DNA of 64,000 bases from assembly GCA_037446635.1 (NCBI GenBank), contig JBBIIG010000004.1, forward strand, positions 12,186 through 76,185, written 5' to 3'. Position numbers and translations under genes: made by a program. This stretch comes from a bacterium. GTDB lineage: Bacteria; Zhuqueibacterota; Zhuqueibacteria; Oceanimicrobiales; Oceanimicrobiaceae. Below are positions 50,435 through 59,949 of the stretch, piece after piece (positions within the stretch are counted from its first letter, which is position 1; each line of letters starts with the position of its first letter). Below the pieces are notes generated by a model. The model saw nothing but the letters and a program-made list of their open reading frames with translations, was not told the DNA's origin and did no database searches.

Positions 50435-51862
50435 TTATTTAAACCGTAAAACCAACAAACGAATCTCCGTCATTTCTGCCATGGCGAAACGGATGCCCTC
50501 ACGCCCGAGGCCGCTGTCTTTGACGCCGCCGTAGGGCATGTGATCGACGCGCCAGGAGGGCACGTCGCCGATGATGACGCCCCCCACTTCCAATTTGTCC
50601 CAGGCTCTGTGGGCTTTGTAAATGTCGCGGGTGAACACGCCGGCCTGCAAGCCAAAGGCGCGGTCGTTCACTTCATCCAGCGCCTGATCAAAATCGTTAA
50701 ATTTTGAAAGAAGCGCCACCGGGCCGAACGCCTCCTGCGCACACACCTTTTGATTCTTGGGAACATTTTCCAGCAGCGTCGCCTCTAACATTGCGCCGTC
50801 GCGGCGGCCGCCACACAGCAGCTTGCCGCCGGCCGCCAGCGCCTCTTCGATCCACTGCTGGAGGCGCGCGGCTTCGGCTTCCGAGATCATCGGGCCGATG
50901 AACACGCTTTCGTCTTTGGGGTCGCCCATTTTTAATTTGCGAGTCGCGGCGACCAGCTTGTCTTTGAATTCATCATAAATTTTTTCATGCGCGAAAATGC
51001 GCTGCACGCTGATGCAGCTTTGTCCGGATTGATAGAACGCGCCAAACACGATGCGCTGCACGGCGTCCTCCAGGTCGGCGTCCTCATCCACAATGCAGCC
51101 GGCGTTGCCGCCCAATTCCAAAACTACTTTCTTTTTTCCGGCTTTCGCCTTCAGCTCCCAGCCCACGGCCGGCGAGCCGGTGAAGCTCAGCAGCTTCAAA
51201 CGCTCATCGGTGGTGAACAATTCGGCGCCGTCGCGGCGGCAGGGCAGGATCGAAAACGCGCCCTCCGGCAGATCGGTTTCCGCCAGCACCTCGCCGATGA
51301 TCAGCGCGCCGATTGGAGTGAGACTGGCCGGCTTGAGTACAAACGGGCAGCCCACCGCCAGCGCCGGCGCCACTTTGTGCGCCGCTAAATTCAATGGAAA
51401 ATTAAATGGCGAGATGAACGAGCACGGGCCGATGGGGACGCGCTTCCACATCCCAAAGTAGCCCTGGGCGCGGGCGGAAATATCCAGCGGCAAAACTTCG
51501 CCAGTGAGGCGCACCGATTCCTCGGCGGCGATGCGAAAGGTGTCGATGAGGCGGGTTACTTCGCCGCGGCTGTCTTTGATGGGCTTGCCGGCTTCGATGC
51601 ACAGCGTCATCGCCAGCTCGTCGAAGCGTTCGCGGAAACGCTCCACGCAGTGATTCAAAATTTCCTGGCGGCGGAAGGCCGGCATGTGCCGCAGCGCCTC
51701 CTGCGCCGCCACCGCTTTGGCGATCGCGTGATCGATGGCCTTGGCGTCGGCCATGGCCACGCGGGCGACAATTTCGCCGGTGTATTTATCCGCGACCTCG
51801 AGATCGGCATTGGGCATCACCGGGCGGTTAGCTAAAAAATAGGGGTAACGATCTTTCAACAT
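50435..51862 (-). CDS. Aldehyde dehydrogenase family protein
   Basis: PFNFP, FTGS, LELGGN, GQSCIS, EAFGP. Confidence 0.94.
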   Translation of the reverse strand: MLKDRYPYFLANRPVMPNADLEVADKYTGEIVARVAMADAKAIDHAIAKAVAAQEALRHMPAFRRQEILNHCVERFRERFDELAMTLCIEAGKPIKDSRGEVTRLIDTFRIAAEESVRLTGEVLPLDISARAQGYFGMWKRVPIGPCSFISPFNFPLNLAAHKVAPALAVGCPFVLKPASLTPIGALIIGEVLAETDLPEGAFSILPCRRDGAELFTTDERLKLLSFTGSPAVGWELKAKAGKKKVVLELGGNAGCIVDEDADLEDAVQRIVFGAFYQSGQSCISVQRIFAHEKIYDEFKDKLVAATRKLKMGDPKDESVFIGPMISEAEAARLQQWIEEALAAGGKLLCGGRRDGAMLEATLLENVPKNQKVCAQEAFGPVALLSKFNDFDQALDEVNDRAFGLQAGVFTRDIYKAHRAWDKLEVGGVIIGDVPSWRVDHMPYGGVKDSGLGREGIRFAMAEMTEIRLLVLRFK

Positions 51863-51924
51863 GGCTGTTCAAAATTGAATTGTCAAAATATAATCATTTT
51901 TAGAAAAATTAGAAAGATTTATCT

Positions 51925-52125
51925 AACCTGACGCGGACGAGCCGCCCGCCGGCGCAGGCAACCAAACAAGTGACCACACGGATTTAAGAAACACTGATAA
52001 AGCTTTTGAAAAATCCGTGTGATTCCTTCCGCCAAAGCGGATCCGCCAGGCGGACAATCCGTGTGGACTTTCAGTGATTTTGATAAGCTCTGCGTTCTCG
52101 GCTCTCTCTGCGGTGAATGATTCAG
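51925..52125. repeat. Nested intergenic repeat cluster
   Basis: ccacacggatt...aatccgtgtg (x2) interrupted by ccgccaaagcggatccgccaggcgga; also gcccgccggcgcaggc. Confidence 0.6.
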
Positions 52126-52136
52126 GCTCACGGATT

Positions 52137-54767
52137 TTAAAACGCCGCGCGATAGAACGGCAAATAATCGAACAGGGCGTAGCGCTGGTCGATGTACCAC
52201 CAGGCGCCGCCTAAAATCAACAGCCCTAAAATCACCGCCGTGAAAAGGGCGTTGAACAACGTCAAATTAAAAACCACCCGGCTGCCGCGAAAAATGCGGA
52301 TGGCGGTCCAAACCGCAAACAGCAGAACCAGCAGGATGGCATAACTCGCGGCGCCGGTCTGACTGATGATGCGATAATAGATGGGAACGATCGGCAGCAG
52401 CCAGAGAAAGTTCGCGCTGTCCCAAACCACCATCGTATAAAACTGGGTCGCGGGCGTATTTTCACCGATAACCAAATCAAGCGTTCTCAAAAAAATCGTG
52501 ACAACGATACCAAGAAGGATCAGCGCCAAAAAACATACGGGGATGAAGAGCAGCGGATTCCAAATCAAGCGAATCACCATCAGCTTCAGCGGCGGCGAGG
52601 CGAAAAAAAGATCCAGCAATGAGTTGAAAAGCAAGTGGTCGCGAAATCGAAAAGCGATGCTGGAAAGGATGATGCTGATCAACAAACTAATGACAAAGCT
52701 CAACAGGATGGTGTGAAAAAAAGGCGTCTTTCTGCGCTCGCGCAGCTCAACGTAAAAACCGTGAGGATACAAAAATACCCGGCGCAGGTTCGCCCGCAAA
52801 CGGGAATCGCGATTGAGATTGAAAAGAAAAATCAGGATGCTTGCGATTCCCGCAATTGGATAGATGATGGGATAATGAGCTTCGGCCGCGGTGACAGAAA
52901 CAGCTTTCGCCGGCGCTTTTGCAAAAAACGACCGCGCGATTTCATAAGCCAGACGCGATTCCACGGCGCCAGCCGCGATGCCAGAGCGATGCACATCCGG
53001 CGCCGGCTCGCGGGCAAAAAGCAGATTGGGACGCGCCTCGCGCCAGTCGCTAAAAGTATGAAACAAGACGCCCGCGGCGCGGTGAGTAGAATCCATTCGC
53101 GCCAGCGTACTCCGCAGCATCTCGGCCTGGACTTGCTGGGCTTTGCGATACTTGGATATCATCACGGAATTGCGCGGCGCGTCCATCGCCCGCGCAACGC
53201 CGCCGCTTTCATGGTGAATGAGCAAAGGAGATCCCAGCGACAACAAGAGCGGACGCGGCCCGGTTACCGCCGCCAAAGAATTCGACATATCGATGATGTG
53301 CTCGGCGGAACGATAATAGCCCTCGACGATGGCAAACTCGAACCCGGAAAATGGTGCGATTTTTTTTACAAAACGAAAAGAAAGGTAGGCCGGCAGAGAC
53401 GATCGCTTGCGCAACCGCTCCCGCAGTTCATTTAAAAAGTTGACCGTGGCTGGACGTTCCGTCAACAAATCCGTTCCCAGCCCCCAGCCCGCCGTGGCGA
53501 CGTGCAGCGCATCCCGCTTCAGCATTTCCTCAAAATAGTTTTGAGCCAGATCGACAAACTCCGGATTGAGAAAAAAATTATCCGGAATCGTGTGCAGCGG
53601 CATTTCCTGAAAAACCAACAGGCCGATCTCGTCGCAGGCGTCTAAAAAAAACGGCGGCGCGGGCGTCCCGAAAATCCGCACCAAGTTGGCGCCGCTCTCT
53701 TTGATTCGCCGCACTTGCCGGCGGGCTTCGGCGGCGCTGAAAATCGCGCCGGCGTCCACGGCGGTCTCGGCCCAATCGAATCCTCTGATCTCGAAAGGCT
53801 GGCCGTTTAACATGAAGCGCCCGCCGGCAATCCTGAAAGCTTTAAAACCGATCCGCTTCACCACTTCATCGATGATTTCCGAATTTCGCGTTAAGAAAAG
53901 CCGAAGCTGATACAGGGCTGGCCGCTCGGGAGACCACAATGCTGGCTGTGGAATTTCCAGATCGATCGTGCAGTTCGCCGCGCCCACAGTGAAGATCAAA
54001 TCATGCGCTGGCGAGCGACTAATTAAACCTTTGCCGGCGGCATCCCATAACTCAACCCGGCAGGCAACGGGGTCTTCCAGATCGCGCAGACGATTTTGAA
54101 TGTGCGTTTCCACAATCAGATCGCAGCGGGTGTAATCTGTCGCAAACGTTTCCGCGATACGCACATCTTCGATGGCAACCGCCGCGGAAATTTGTAAAAA
54201 GATATCTCGGAAAATCCCGCCGTAGTTGAATGGAAAATGCAAGCGATGGCGCGGCGGCAAGCTGGCGCGGGGGTGCAGCCGGTTGTCCACCACAACACGA
54301 ATCTCATTTTCAGCAAGCGGGCGCAGCGCCTCCGTGGGAATTTCCAACTCAAAAGAAGTGTGGCCGCCGTTGTGCAGGCCAACGTAAGAATCATTGACAT
54401 AAATCTCGCAGCGATTGTTTATGCCGAGAGCAATTAAGTGGACCGCTTTGCTCGCCAAGTTAGCGCCCACTGAAAACACCCGCCGAAATTCAACCTCGCC
54501 CTCGAATTCATACACCCCCGGCACGGAGACGGAATTCCACTGAGCTTCGCCCTTGAGCCGCGCCTCCCAAGGTCCGTTTAAATTGATGATGCTGCGCGCA
54601 GCCGAGGATGCGCGCAGCAGCGAGTCGGCCAAAGAGGCTTCAGCAGGGGGACGAGCAACGTAGCGCGTTCGCCAGTCGTTGGTGGAAAGCGCACTCGCGG
54701 AATAAAGCAGATTAAATGTGCACAGGGCGCAAATAAACATCGCCCTCGCCGGCGGATGGCGTCTCAT
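52137..54767 (-). CDS. GH2-like protein fused to a C-terminal multi-TM domain
   Basis: LNGPW, YGGIFRD, LWSPERPALY, FMLNGQPF, CDEIGLLVFQE; hydrophobic C-terminal ~240 aa. Confidence 0.85.
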   Translation of the reverse strand: MRRHPPARAMFICALCTFNLLYSASALSTNDWRTRYVARPPAEASLADSLLRASSAARSIINLNGPWEARLKGEAQWNSVSVPGVYEFEGEVEFRRVFSVGANLASKAVHLIALGINNRCEIYVNDSYVGLHNGGHTSFELEIPTEALRPLAENEIRVVVDNRLHPRASLPPRHRLHFPFNYGGIFRDIFLQISAAVAIEDVRIAETFATDYTRCDLIVETHIQNRLRDLEDPVACRVELWDAAGKGLISRSPAHDLIFTVGAANCTIDLEIPQPALWSPERPALYQLRLFLTRNSEIIDEVVKRIGFKAFRIAGGRFMLNGQPFEIRGFDWAETAVDAGAIFSAAEARRQVRRIKESGANLVRIFGTPAPPFFLDACDEIGLLVFQEMPLHTIPDNFFLNPEFVDLAQNYFEEMLKRDALHVATAGWGLGTDLLTERPATVNFLNELRERLRKRSSLPAYLSFRFVKKIAPFSGFEFAIVEGYYRSAEHIIDMSNSLAAVTGPRPLLLSLGSPLLIHHESGGVARAMDAPRNSVMISKYRKAQQVQAEMLRSTLARMDSTHRAAGVLFHTFSDWREARPNLLFAREPAPDVHRSGIAAGAVESRLAYEIARSFFAKAPAKAVSVTAAEAHYPIIYPIAGIASILIFLFNLNRDSRLRANLRRVFLYPHGFYVELRERRKTPFFHTILLSFVISLLISIILSSIAFRFRDHLLFNSLLDLFFASPPLKLMVIRLIWNPLLFIPVCFLALILLGIVVTIFLRTLDLVIGENTPATQFYTMVVWDSANFLWLLPIVPIYYRIISQTGAASYAILLVLLFAVWTAIRIFRGSRVVFNLTLFNALFTAVILGLLILGGAWWYIDQRYALFDYLPFYRAAF

Positions 54768-54882
54768 TTTTCTGAAAGGTTGTTCGGAGCAATAATTTAA
54801 TTTAGGATAATTTGAAGTAAAAGCAAGTTTGTGCTTTACTTTTTTAAGACGGTTTCTTATAATGAGGCTCAAAAAATCCTCT

Positions 54883-56883
54883 ATGACAACTTTCCCTCTA
54901 ACCCACCGGCGACTCGTCGCTGCCCTGGCGGTTTGGTTTGGAATTTTGGCGAGCAGCCTTTCAGCGCAGACATCCGAAGCGCCGGTCGATGGAATCGCCT
55001 ACCTGAAATTGAACCTCCCAAAACTGGTTTTGAAGGACGCCAGTTTCGAGGTGAACATTCAGGCGATGACCGGCGACAGCGCCCTCGCGCGGGCTTTTTC
55101 GGGAATCGCTCTCGTCTCCGGATTAGAAATCAAAACTTCCGCAAAAATTTATAAACGAATCGAGGGCATCGAATTTCGCGACGGCCGCGCAACGATTTCC
55201 AATGCCGCTATTCGCAAGACCGGCAGCCAGGCCGTAACGGTTGTACTTGATGGAATTCGCGCCGAGGCGCAAACGCGGGTCATCCCCGGCATCTTGAGCC
55301 TGCTGCCGCCGATCCTCGCTATTGCGCTGGCGTTCATCGCGCGGCAGGTGCTGCTCTCGCTGTTTTGCGGCGTCTGGTTAGGCAGCATGTTTGTTTTTGA
55401 CTACAACCCGCTGCAGGGCTTTATCAAAACCGTTGACACCTATCTCGTGAAAGCGCTGGCCGATTCCAGCCACGCCTCGATTCTGATTTTTAGCATGACG
55501 TTGGGCGGGATGGTGGGCGTGATCTCCAAAGCCGGCGGCACGCAAGGCATCGTGCAGAAACTTTCGAAATTTGCCAAGAACCAGCGCGGCGGCCAACTGG
55601 CGACCTGGGCCATGGGGGTGCTGATTTTTTTTGATGATTACGCCAACACGCTCATCGTCGGCAACACCATGCGCCCGTTCACCGATCGCCTGCGCGTTTC
55701 TCGTGAAAAGCTTTCGTACATCGTGGACTCCACCTCGGCGCCCATCGCTTCGATTGCGTTGATTTCCACCTGGATCGGATTTCAAATCGGCCTGATCGAT
55801 CAAGCGTTCGATGCCCTGAAAATCGAGCACAACGCCTACAATATTTTTCTGGAGTCGATTCCGTTTTCTACTTACAGCATCCTGGCCGTTCTATTTGTGT
55901 TGGTCATCGCGTTGGCGCAGCGCGATTTTGGCCCTATGTATCGCGCCGAGATACGGGCGCTGCGCTTTGGCAAAGTTTTACGCGACGGCGCGCAACCCCT
56001 CACCGACAGCGCGGCGCTGGATATGACCGCCGACGAGCGCACGCCGCTGCGGTGGTACAACGCCCTCATTCCAATCATAGTTGTGATCGGGGTGACCCTG
56101 GTGGGTTTGTATTTAGATGGCAGAACGTCGCTGGGAGAAGCAGCGGCCACGGCAAAATTAGGAGATATCTTTGGGGCGGCGAACTCGTTTTCGGTTTTGA
56201 TGTGGGCCGCCTTCACCGGCCTACTCACGGCGATGGCGTTGAGCGTGTCTCAAAAAATTTTGACGCTCAACGAAACTCTCAACGCCGCGGTCAACGGCTA
56301 CAAGTCGATGTTGATGGCCGCCATGATCTTGATCCTGGCGTGGGCCATCGGGGAGATTTGTAAAGACCTGCACACCGCCGACTACGTCATCGAATTTAGC
56401 AAAGGCATTCTATCCCCCCACATCATTCCGTTCGTGACCTTCATCGTCGCGGCGTTCATCAGTTTTTCCACCGGCACCTCGTGGGCGACCATGGCCATCC
56501 TGACGCCCATCGTCATTCCCATCGCCTACCAGCTTCCGTTGGAGGCCGGGCTCAACAGCACGTTGAGCCACGAAATTCTCATCGGCACGGTTGGCGCCGT
56601 GTTGTCAGGCTCGGTCATGGGCGATCACTGTTCTCCCATTTCCGATACCACGATTCTTTCTTCCATGTCGTCCGCTGCGGACCACGTGGATCATGTGCGC
56701 ACGCAACTACCCTACGCCATTTTGGTGGGAATGGTAGCTTCGTTGAGCGGTTATCTTCCCAACGGCTGGGGCTTCAACACCTACCTGTCGCTGCTGGCTG
56801 GCGCGATCGCGCTCACGGCGATCGTTTTCATTTTTGGCAAACCTTCCGACCGAATTACAGAGGGCGTCCAACCAAAAGCTTAA
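54883..56883 (+). CDS. NhaC-family Na+/H+ antiporter/transporter
   Basis: IFFDDYAN, SREKLSYIVDST, TGTSW, GDHCSPISDTT, HVRTQLPY. Confidence 0.9.
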   Translation: MTTFPLTHRRLVAALAVWFGILASSLSAQTSEAPVDGIAYLKLNLPKLVLKDASFEVNIQAMTGDSALARAFSGIALVSGLEIKTSAKIYKRIEGIEFRDGRATISNAAIRKTGSQAVTVVLDGIRAEAQTRVIPGILSLLPPILAIALAFIARQVLLSLFCGVWLGSMFVFDYNPLQGFIKTVDTYLVKALADSSHASILIFSMTLGGMVGVISKAGGTQGIVQKLSKFAKNQRGGQLATWAMGVLIFFDDYANTLIVGNTMRPFTDRLRVSREKLSYIVDSTSAPIASIALISTWIGFQIGLIDQAFDALKIEHNAYNIFLESIPFSTYSILAVLFVLVIALAQRDFGPMYRAEIRALRFGKVLRDGAQPLTDSAALDMTADERTPLRWYNALIPIIVVIGVTLVGLYLDGRTSLGEAAATAKLGDIFGAANSFSVLMWAAFTGLLTAMALSVSQKILTLNETLNAAVNGYKSMLMAAMILILAWAIGEICKDLHTADYVIEFSKGILSPHIIPFVTFIVAAFISFSTGTSWATMAILTPIVIPIAYQLPLEAGLNSTLSHEILIGTVGAVLSGSVMGDHCSPISDTTILSSMSSAADHVDHVRTQLPYAILVGMVASLSGYLPNGWGFNTYLSLLAGAIALTAIVFIFGKPSDRITEGVQPKA

Positions 56884-57404
56884 ACCGGCTTGCAACTGCC
56901 GTTAAAATAATTTTGCTTGTACCCGACGTAACGCTCCGCGGAGCGTTTGATTAAAGTAATCTCCTCCAAAGTCAGCGAGCGCTTGACAATTGCCGGTACC
57001 CCAGCCACTAACGAGTGCTCAGGAATGTTCTCGCCTTCGCGAATGAGCGCGCCAGCCGCCACCAGCGAAAATCTCCCGATGCGCGCGCCATCTAAAATTC
57101 GCGCCCCCATCCCGATCAAACAATCATCCTCGATGGTACAGCCGTGCAAGATGGCGGCGTGTCCGATCGTCACCCGGTTGCCAATTGTTAGTATGGACCT
57201 TTGATAAGTTACGTGCAGAGTGGCGTTGTCCTGAATGTTGGAGCGCTGGCCGATGCGGATGGGGTTGACGTCGCCGCGCGCGACAACATTAAACCAAACG
57301 CTGGAATCTTCGCCAATCTCCACGTCGCCGATAATGGTGGCGGTGGCGGCAATAAAAACAGAGGGGTGAATTTTAGGGTGGGCGCCGTTATATGAAAAAA
57401 GCAT
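56880..57404 (-). CDS. Gamma-carbonic anhydrase family protein
   Basis: IIGDV, RGDVN, NIQDN.TLH, IGH.AILHG. Confidence 0.92.
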   Translation of the reverse strand: MLFSYNGAHPKIHPSVFIAATATIIGDVEIGEDSSVWFNVVARGDVNPIRIGQRSNIQDNATLHVTYQRSILTIGNRVTIGHAAILHGCTIEDDCLIGMGARILDGARIGRFSLVAAGALIREGENIPEHSLVAGVPAIVKRSLTLEEITLIKRSAERYVGYKQNYFNGSCKPV

Positions 57405-57552
57405 GGTTCCCTCCAGTTCGTGAACTCTTTGCAAAAAAGTCTCACGCAAATCCGCAAAGGCGCTAAGAAGCATAAAAAAAATCTTTGCGTCTCCGCGTCT
57501 TTGCGTGCGCTCTTTTTTGGTAGCGGCTTGGACTCTATTGTTGAAAATTGTT

Positions 57553-58512
57553 TCAGTCGAGGTTGTTGGCGATTTTAACCGCGCGCACCATGGCGTCCGC
57601 CACCAGTTCCGCAGCCGCGCTTCCGATGGTGGTAACGTTGCCCCGTTTCTGGCCAACGGAAAGGCAAAACACCAGGTCGCCATCGAACGGGGTGTGCGCC
57701 GGCCGCGTCGCGCGGCCCAGCCCATCTTGCGCCATCTCCGCAATTTTAATGGCTTCTTCTTTTGTCAGCAAGGCATCGGTCGCGACGACCGCTAAGGTGG
57801 TGCTGCTGGCCGCGCGGAAGGGTTCCACCGCAAATGGCTCGATGGCGTGGGTTTTCAAATAGCGCTCGCAATTGATGAACTCGCCGGATTGCGGGTCGCG
57901 CGCGCCGGCGATAATTTCTCCGGAATAGGGGTCAACCACATCGCCGAACGAATTCACCACCACCAGGCTGCCAACATACATCTCGCCCAATTTAAGGGAG
58001 TTGGTTCCCACTCCTCCTTTCATGCGAAATTCGTAGCCCGCTGCCTTTCCCACAGTGGCGCCGCAGCCCGCGCCGACTCGGCCCTCTTGTGGAGCTTTGG
58101 AACTGGCGTGCGCCGCGGCGGCGTATCCCATTTGCTTATCCGGGCGAATTTTAGCATCGCCCTCCCGCAAATCAAAAATAACCGCCGCCGGCACAATGGG
58201 CACTTTAGTGATGCCCACGTCGTAGCCGATATTGCGCTCTTCGAGAAATTGCTGCACCCCACCGGCGGCGTCCAGTCCAAAGGCGCTGCCCCCAGTCAGC
58301 AGAATCGCATGAATTTTAGGAACCAGCCGCACCGGCCGCAAAGTCTCGACTTCCCGGGTGCCGGGCGCGGAGCCGCGGATATCGACGCCAGCGACTGCGC
58401 CGTTCTCCGGCAAAATCACCGTGCAGCCGGTCATGCCGGCTTCGTTCTGGGCATGTCCGACTTTGACGCCGGGAACATCGCAAATGGAGCCGGTTTTGTT
58501 GATCTTATTCAA
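57553..58512 (-). CDS. P1/DmpA-like (S58) peptidase
   Basis: GVKVGH, APGTRE, GGSAFGL, PAHTPFDGD. Confidence 0.9.
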   Translation of the reverse strand: MNKINKTGSICDVPGVKVGHAQNEAGMTGCTVILPENGAVAGVDIRGSAPGTREVETLRPVRLVPKIHAILLTGGSAFGLDAAGGVQQFLEERNIGYDVGITKVPIVPAAVIFDLREGDAKIRPDKQMGYAAAAHASSKAPQEGRVGAGCGATVGKAAGYEFRMKGGVGTNSLKLGEMYVGSLVVVNSFGDVVDPYSGEIIAGARDPQSGEFINCERYLKTHAIEPFAVEPFRAASSTTLAVVATDALLTKEEAIKIAEMAQDGLGRATRPAHTPFDGDLVFCLSVGQKRGNVTTIGSAAAELVADAMVRAVKIANNLD

Positions 58513-59666
58513 GACTCTTTCTCGGGATGGGATCGGAAAAGTTGGAACCGTTTCCTGAGAGGAGTTTTGCGGGAGGGCACTTCCAAGATCAAGCTGCTGT
58601 CGTTGAAGAAAAACAAATCGCCGATGACCAGACCGATGGATCGCCGCAGCGGCTTCCAGTTTTCGCGATAGGCGTAGGCATCGACTTTGGTGCCTTCGCG
58701 GCCTTTGGTGACCAGCCGCACGCGCTGGGGAAACTCGCGATTGATCATAAACGGCGAATGGGTGGTGAAAATCAACTGATTTTTGATGGCGAGGTCTTCG
58801 ATGACGCGCGTTAAATCTTTCTGGCCAGCGGGATGCAGATGGATGCCGGGCTCATCCAGCAGAAAAAAATATTCATTGGCTTTGGCCTCGAACGTTTGCG
58901 CGATAAAATTGATGTAAAAAGACAAGTACCAGCGGAAGCCCAGGCTGCGCGACTCCGGCGTGTCATACACGGTCGTGCCGTCGGAAATGTCGATGTACAA
59001 AACTTTGCCGTTGACGTTGAGCTTGATTTCGATGGTGGGTTCCTGCGACCAGACGCGGCGGATTTGCTGGGTGATGAGCCGGCCGGCTTCTTCGCTGGCG
59101 CGGCGGCCGCGCGTCGAATCTTCAAAGATGATTTCAAAATTATTTTGCAGCCCGCCGATCTTGAGCAAATTTCTTTCGGTGAGAAAATTCTTGTCGCCGT
59201 TCAACAACGTCTCCAGCTCCACCCGATTCTTGATCAACGAAATGCTTTCGAAGTACAAAATTTTCGGCAGCAGCTCCAAAAATCGCCGCATGTTGAGAAT
59301 TTTGATCTCTTCGTTGTTGGCGTAAACATGATAGTTCGAAAGTTCGGGGCCATCCTTTTTCACCAGGAATTTTTCCACGTCTTTAAACGCCTCGGAAATC
59401 GGCATCAAATTTCTTTTGTTGTCGCGCGAAAGCTGAGTGAACTCAAACGTGATTTCCGGACATTTGCCTTGATAGTAGTAATCGGAGTATTGGCAGGTGA
59501 GGTGGTTGGTAAATGGGAAATCCGGGCGAAACGACTCGAGGGCGCGCAGGAGATTGGTTTTGCCGCTTTCGTTGGCGCCAATCAGCACGCTCACTTTTGG
59601 ATCCACGGGCAGAGTTAATTCAAAAATCGACCGAAAAGCTTTGACGTGCACACTGCTTATTAACAT
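58509..59666 (-). CDS. OLD/AAA_15-type ABC ATPase without TOPRIM
   Basis: GANESGKT, LLDEPGIHLHP, TTHSPF. Confidence 0.82.
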   Translation of the reverse strand: MLISSVHVKAFRSIFELTLPVDPKVSVLIGANESGKTNLLRALESFRPDFPFTNHLTCQYSDYYYQGKCPEITFEFTQLSRDNKRNLMPISEAFKDVEKFLVKKDGPELSNYHVYANNEEIKILNMRRFLELLPKILYFESISLIKNRVELETLLNGDKNFLTERNLLKIGGLQNNFEIIFEDSTRGRRASEEAGRLITQQIRRVWSQEPTIEIKLNVNGKVLYIDISDGTTVYDTPESRSLGFRWYLSFYINFIAQTFEAKANEYFFLLDEPGIHLHPAGQKDLTRVIEDLAIKNQLIFTTHSPFMINREFPQRVRLVTKGREGTKVDAYAYRENWKPLRRSIGLVIGDLFFFNDSSLILEVPSRKTPLRKRFQLFRSHPEKES

Positions 59667-59840
59667 GAATCATCCTTAATTAACGCGAGCTTAATATAAA
59701 GACGGGGCAAAACCAAAGCAAGAAAAATTCTTAAACCGCGATCGGTGGGAGCCAGCAGAATCGTTTAAACCCGCCTACGAAATTTAACACCGAAATACAC
59801 CGAAAATATTTTTTGACTGGGTTCTGCTAACCTGAATGAT

Positions 59841-59888
59841 TTACCACGAAGATCATGAAGCTTTTATTTTTCGTGATCTTCGTGGTAA
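59841..59888. repeat. Inverted repeat downstream of clpC
   Basis: ttaccacgaagatcatgaa / ttcgtgatcttcgtggtaa. Confidence 0.65.
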
Positions 59889-59949
59889 CATTCCGGCTCA
59901 CGTCAATTCTGCGCTTCCAGTGTCATTCGGTGTTTTATTAAAAATGACG

